Assembly: GCF_018350175.1 (NCBI RefSeq)
Contig: NC_058368.1
Location: 12,276,001 to 12,340,000, forward strand
Reading direction: 5' to 3'
DNA length: 64,000 nucleotides
Origin: Felis catus
Lineage: Eukaryota
In this document: piece after piece, positions 63,606 to 64,000 of the stretch
How positions within the stretch are numbered: position 1 is the first letter of the stretch
Layout: each line of letters starts with the position of its first letter
The notes under the pieces: model-generated
What the model was told of the DNA's origin: nothing
Databases searched by the model: none
Seen by the model: the letters and a program-made list of their open reading frames with translations, nothing else
Made by a program: the position numbers and the translations under genes

Positions 63606-64000
63606 CTACGAGAAAAGCCATTGTAGAGTACTGACGATGGGCACCAGAATGGCAGTGTGTAACCATGGCAGAGGAAGAAAAATATTGGGGAGTGGAATAT
63701 GCACTAGGAGGGGGCCTCAGAATGTGGATTCTACTCCCACATTGGCACCTGCGTTCGCCAGAATCAGGACAACCTAGATTTGTGCAGTGTACAACCTACT
63801 CAAATATATGTGGCAGCTATGCCCATGACCACCAACTGCAAGGTGCCACAAACCTGCCTAATTCAGCCCTGCCCATTTTCATGGTCAGAAGCCCAATACC
63901 CAATGTGCCTGGGCAAATCAATACTTGAAAAAGGAACACCATTCATGTTGGAGACAAAAATACTTTTCAGGATTATACCAGATAGCAAAGCAAATGGTCT

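Noticed and set aside
1..64000. Prokaryotic-type systems (CRISPR arrays, operons, IS elements), rRNA/snRNA genes, NUMTs, intact ERV ORFs
   Set aside because: None seen; the sequence is repeat-rich mammalian intronic/intergenic DNA without long ORFs or regularly spaced repeats.

Overview
This is mammalian nuclear DNA, almost certainly from a cat-family (felid) genome: it carries about 20 tRNA-derived CanSINEs of the SINEC_Fc type, plus L1, L2, MIR, ERVL/MaLR LTR and Tigger-like remnants and many microsatellites. Nearly all ORFs in the track are repeat-derived or chance ORFs. The window looks like the 3' end of a large, sparsely exonic minus-strand gene that I cannot name. Its apparent parts are a proximal terminal exon with a ~2.7 kb 3' UTR (~57830-60502), a 10-nt microexon (46289-46298), weaker 69-nt and 19-nt mini-exon candidates, a clear 82-nt exon (19999-20080; DSQFPINIVAVKNDHEFLEKDLVEPLY) and a distal terminal exon (~10610-11312). 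The most unusual feature is a compact cluster of exon-like blocks inside that gene's long intron (30824-~34190, possibly extending to ~43180). The blocks have short GT-AG introns, phase-compatible junctions and scattered stops and frameshifts, consistent with a decayed unprocessed (unitary) pseudogene. Degenerate motifs hint, speculatively, at a dynamin-like GTPase. A possible plus-strand exon pair lies at 6863-7092. All gene calls come from splice signals and manual translation only; repeat subfamily names and old-repeat boundaries are approximate.
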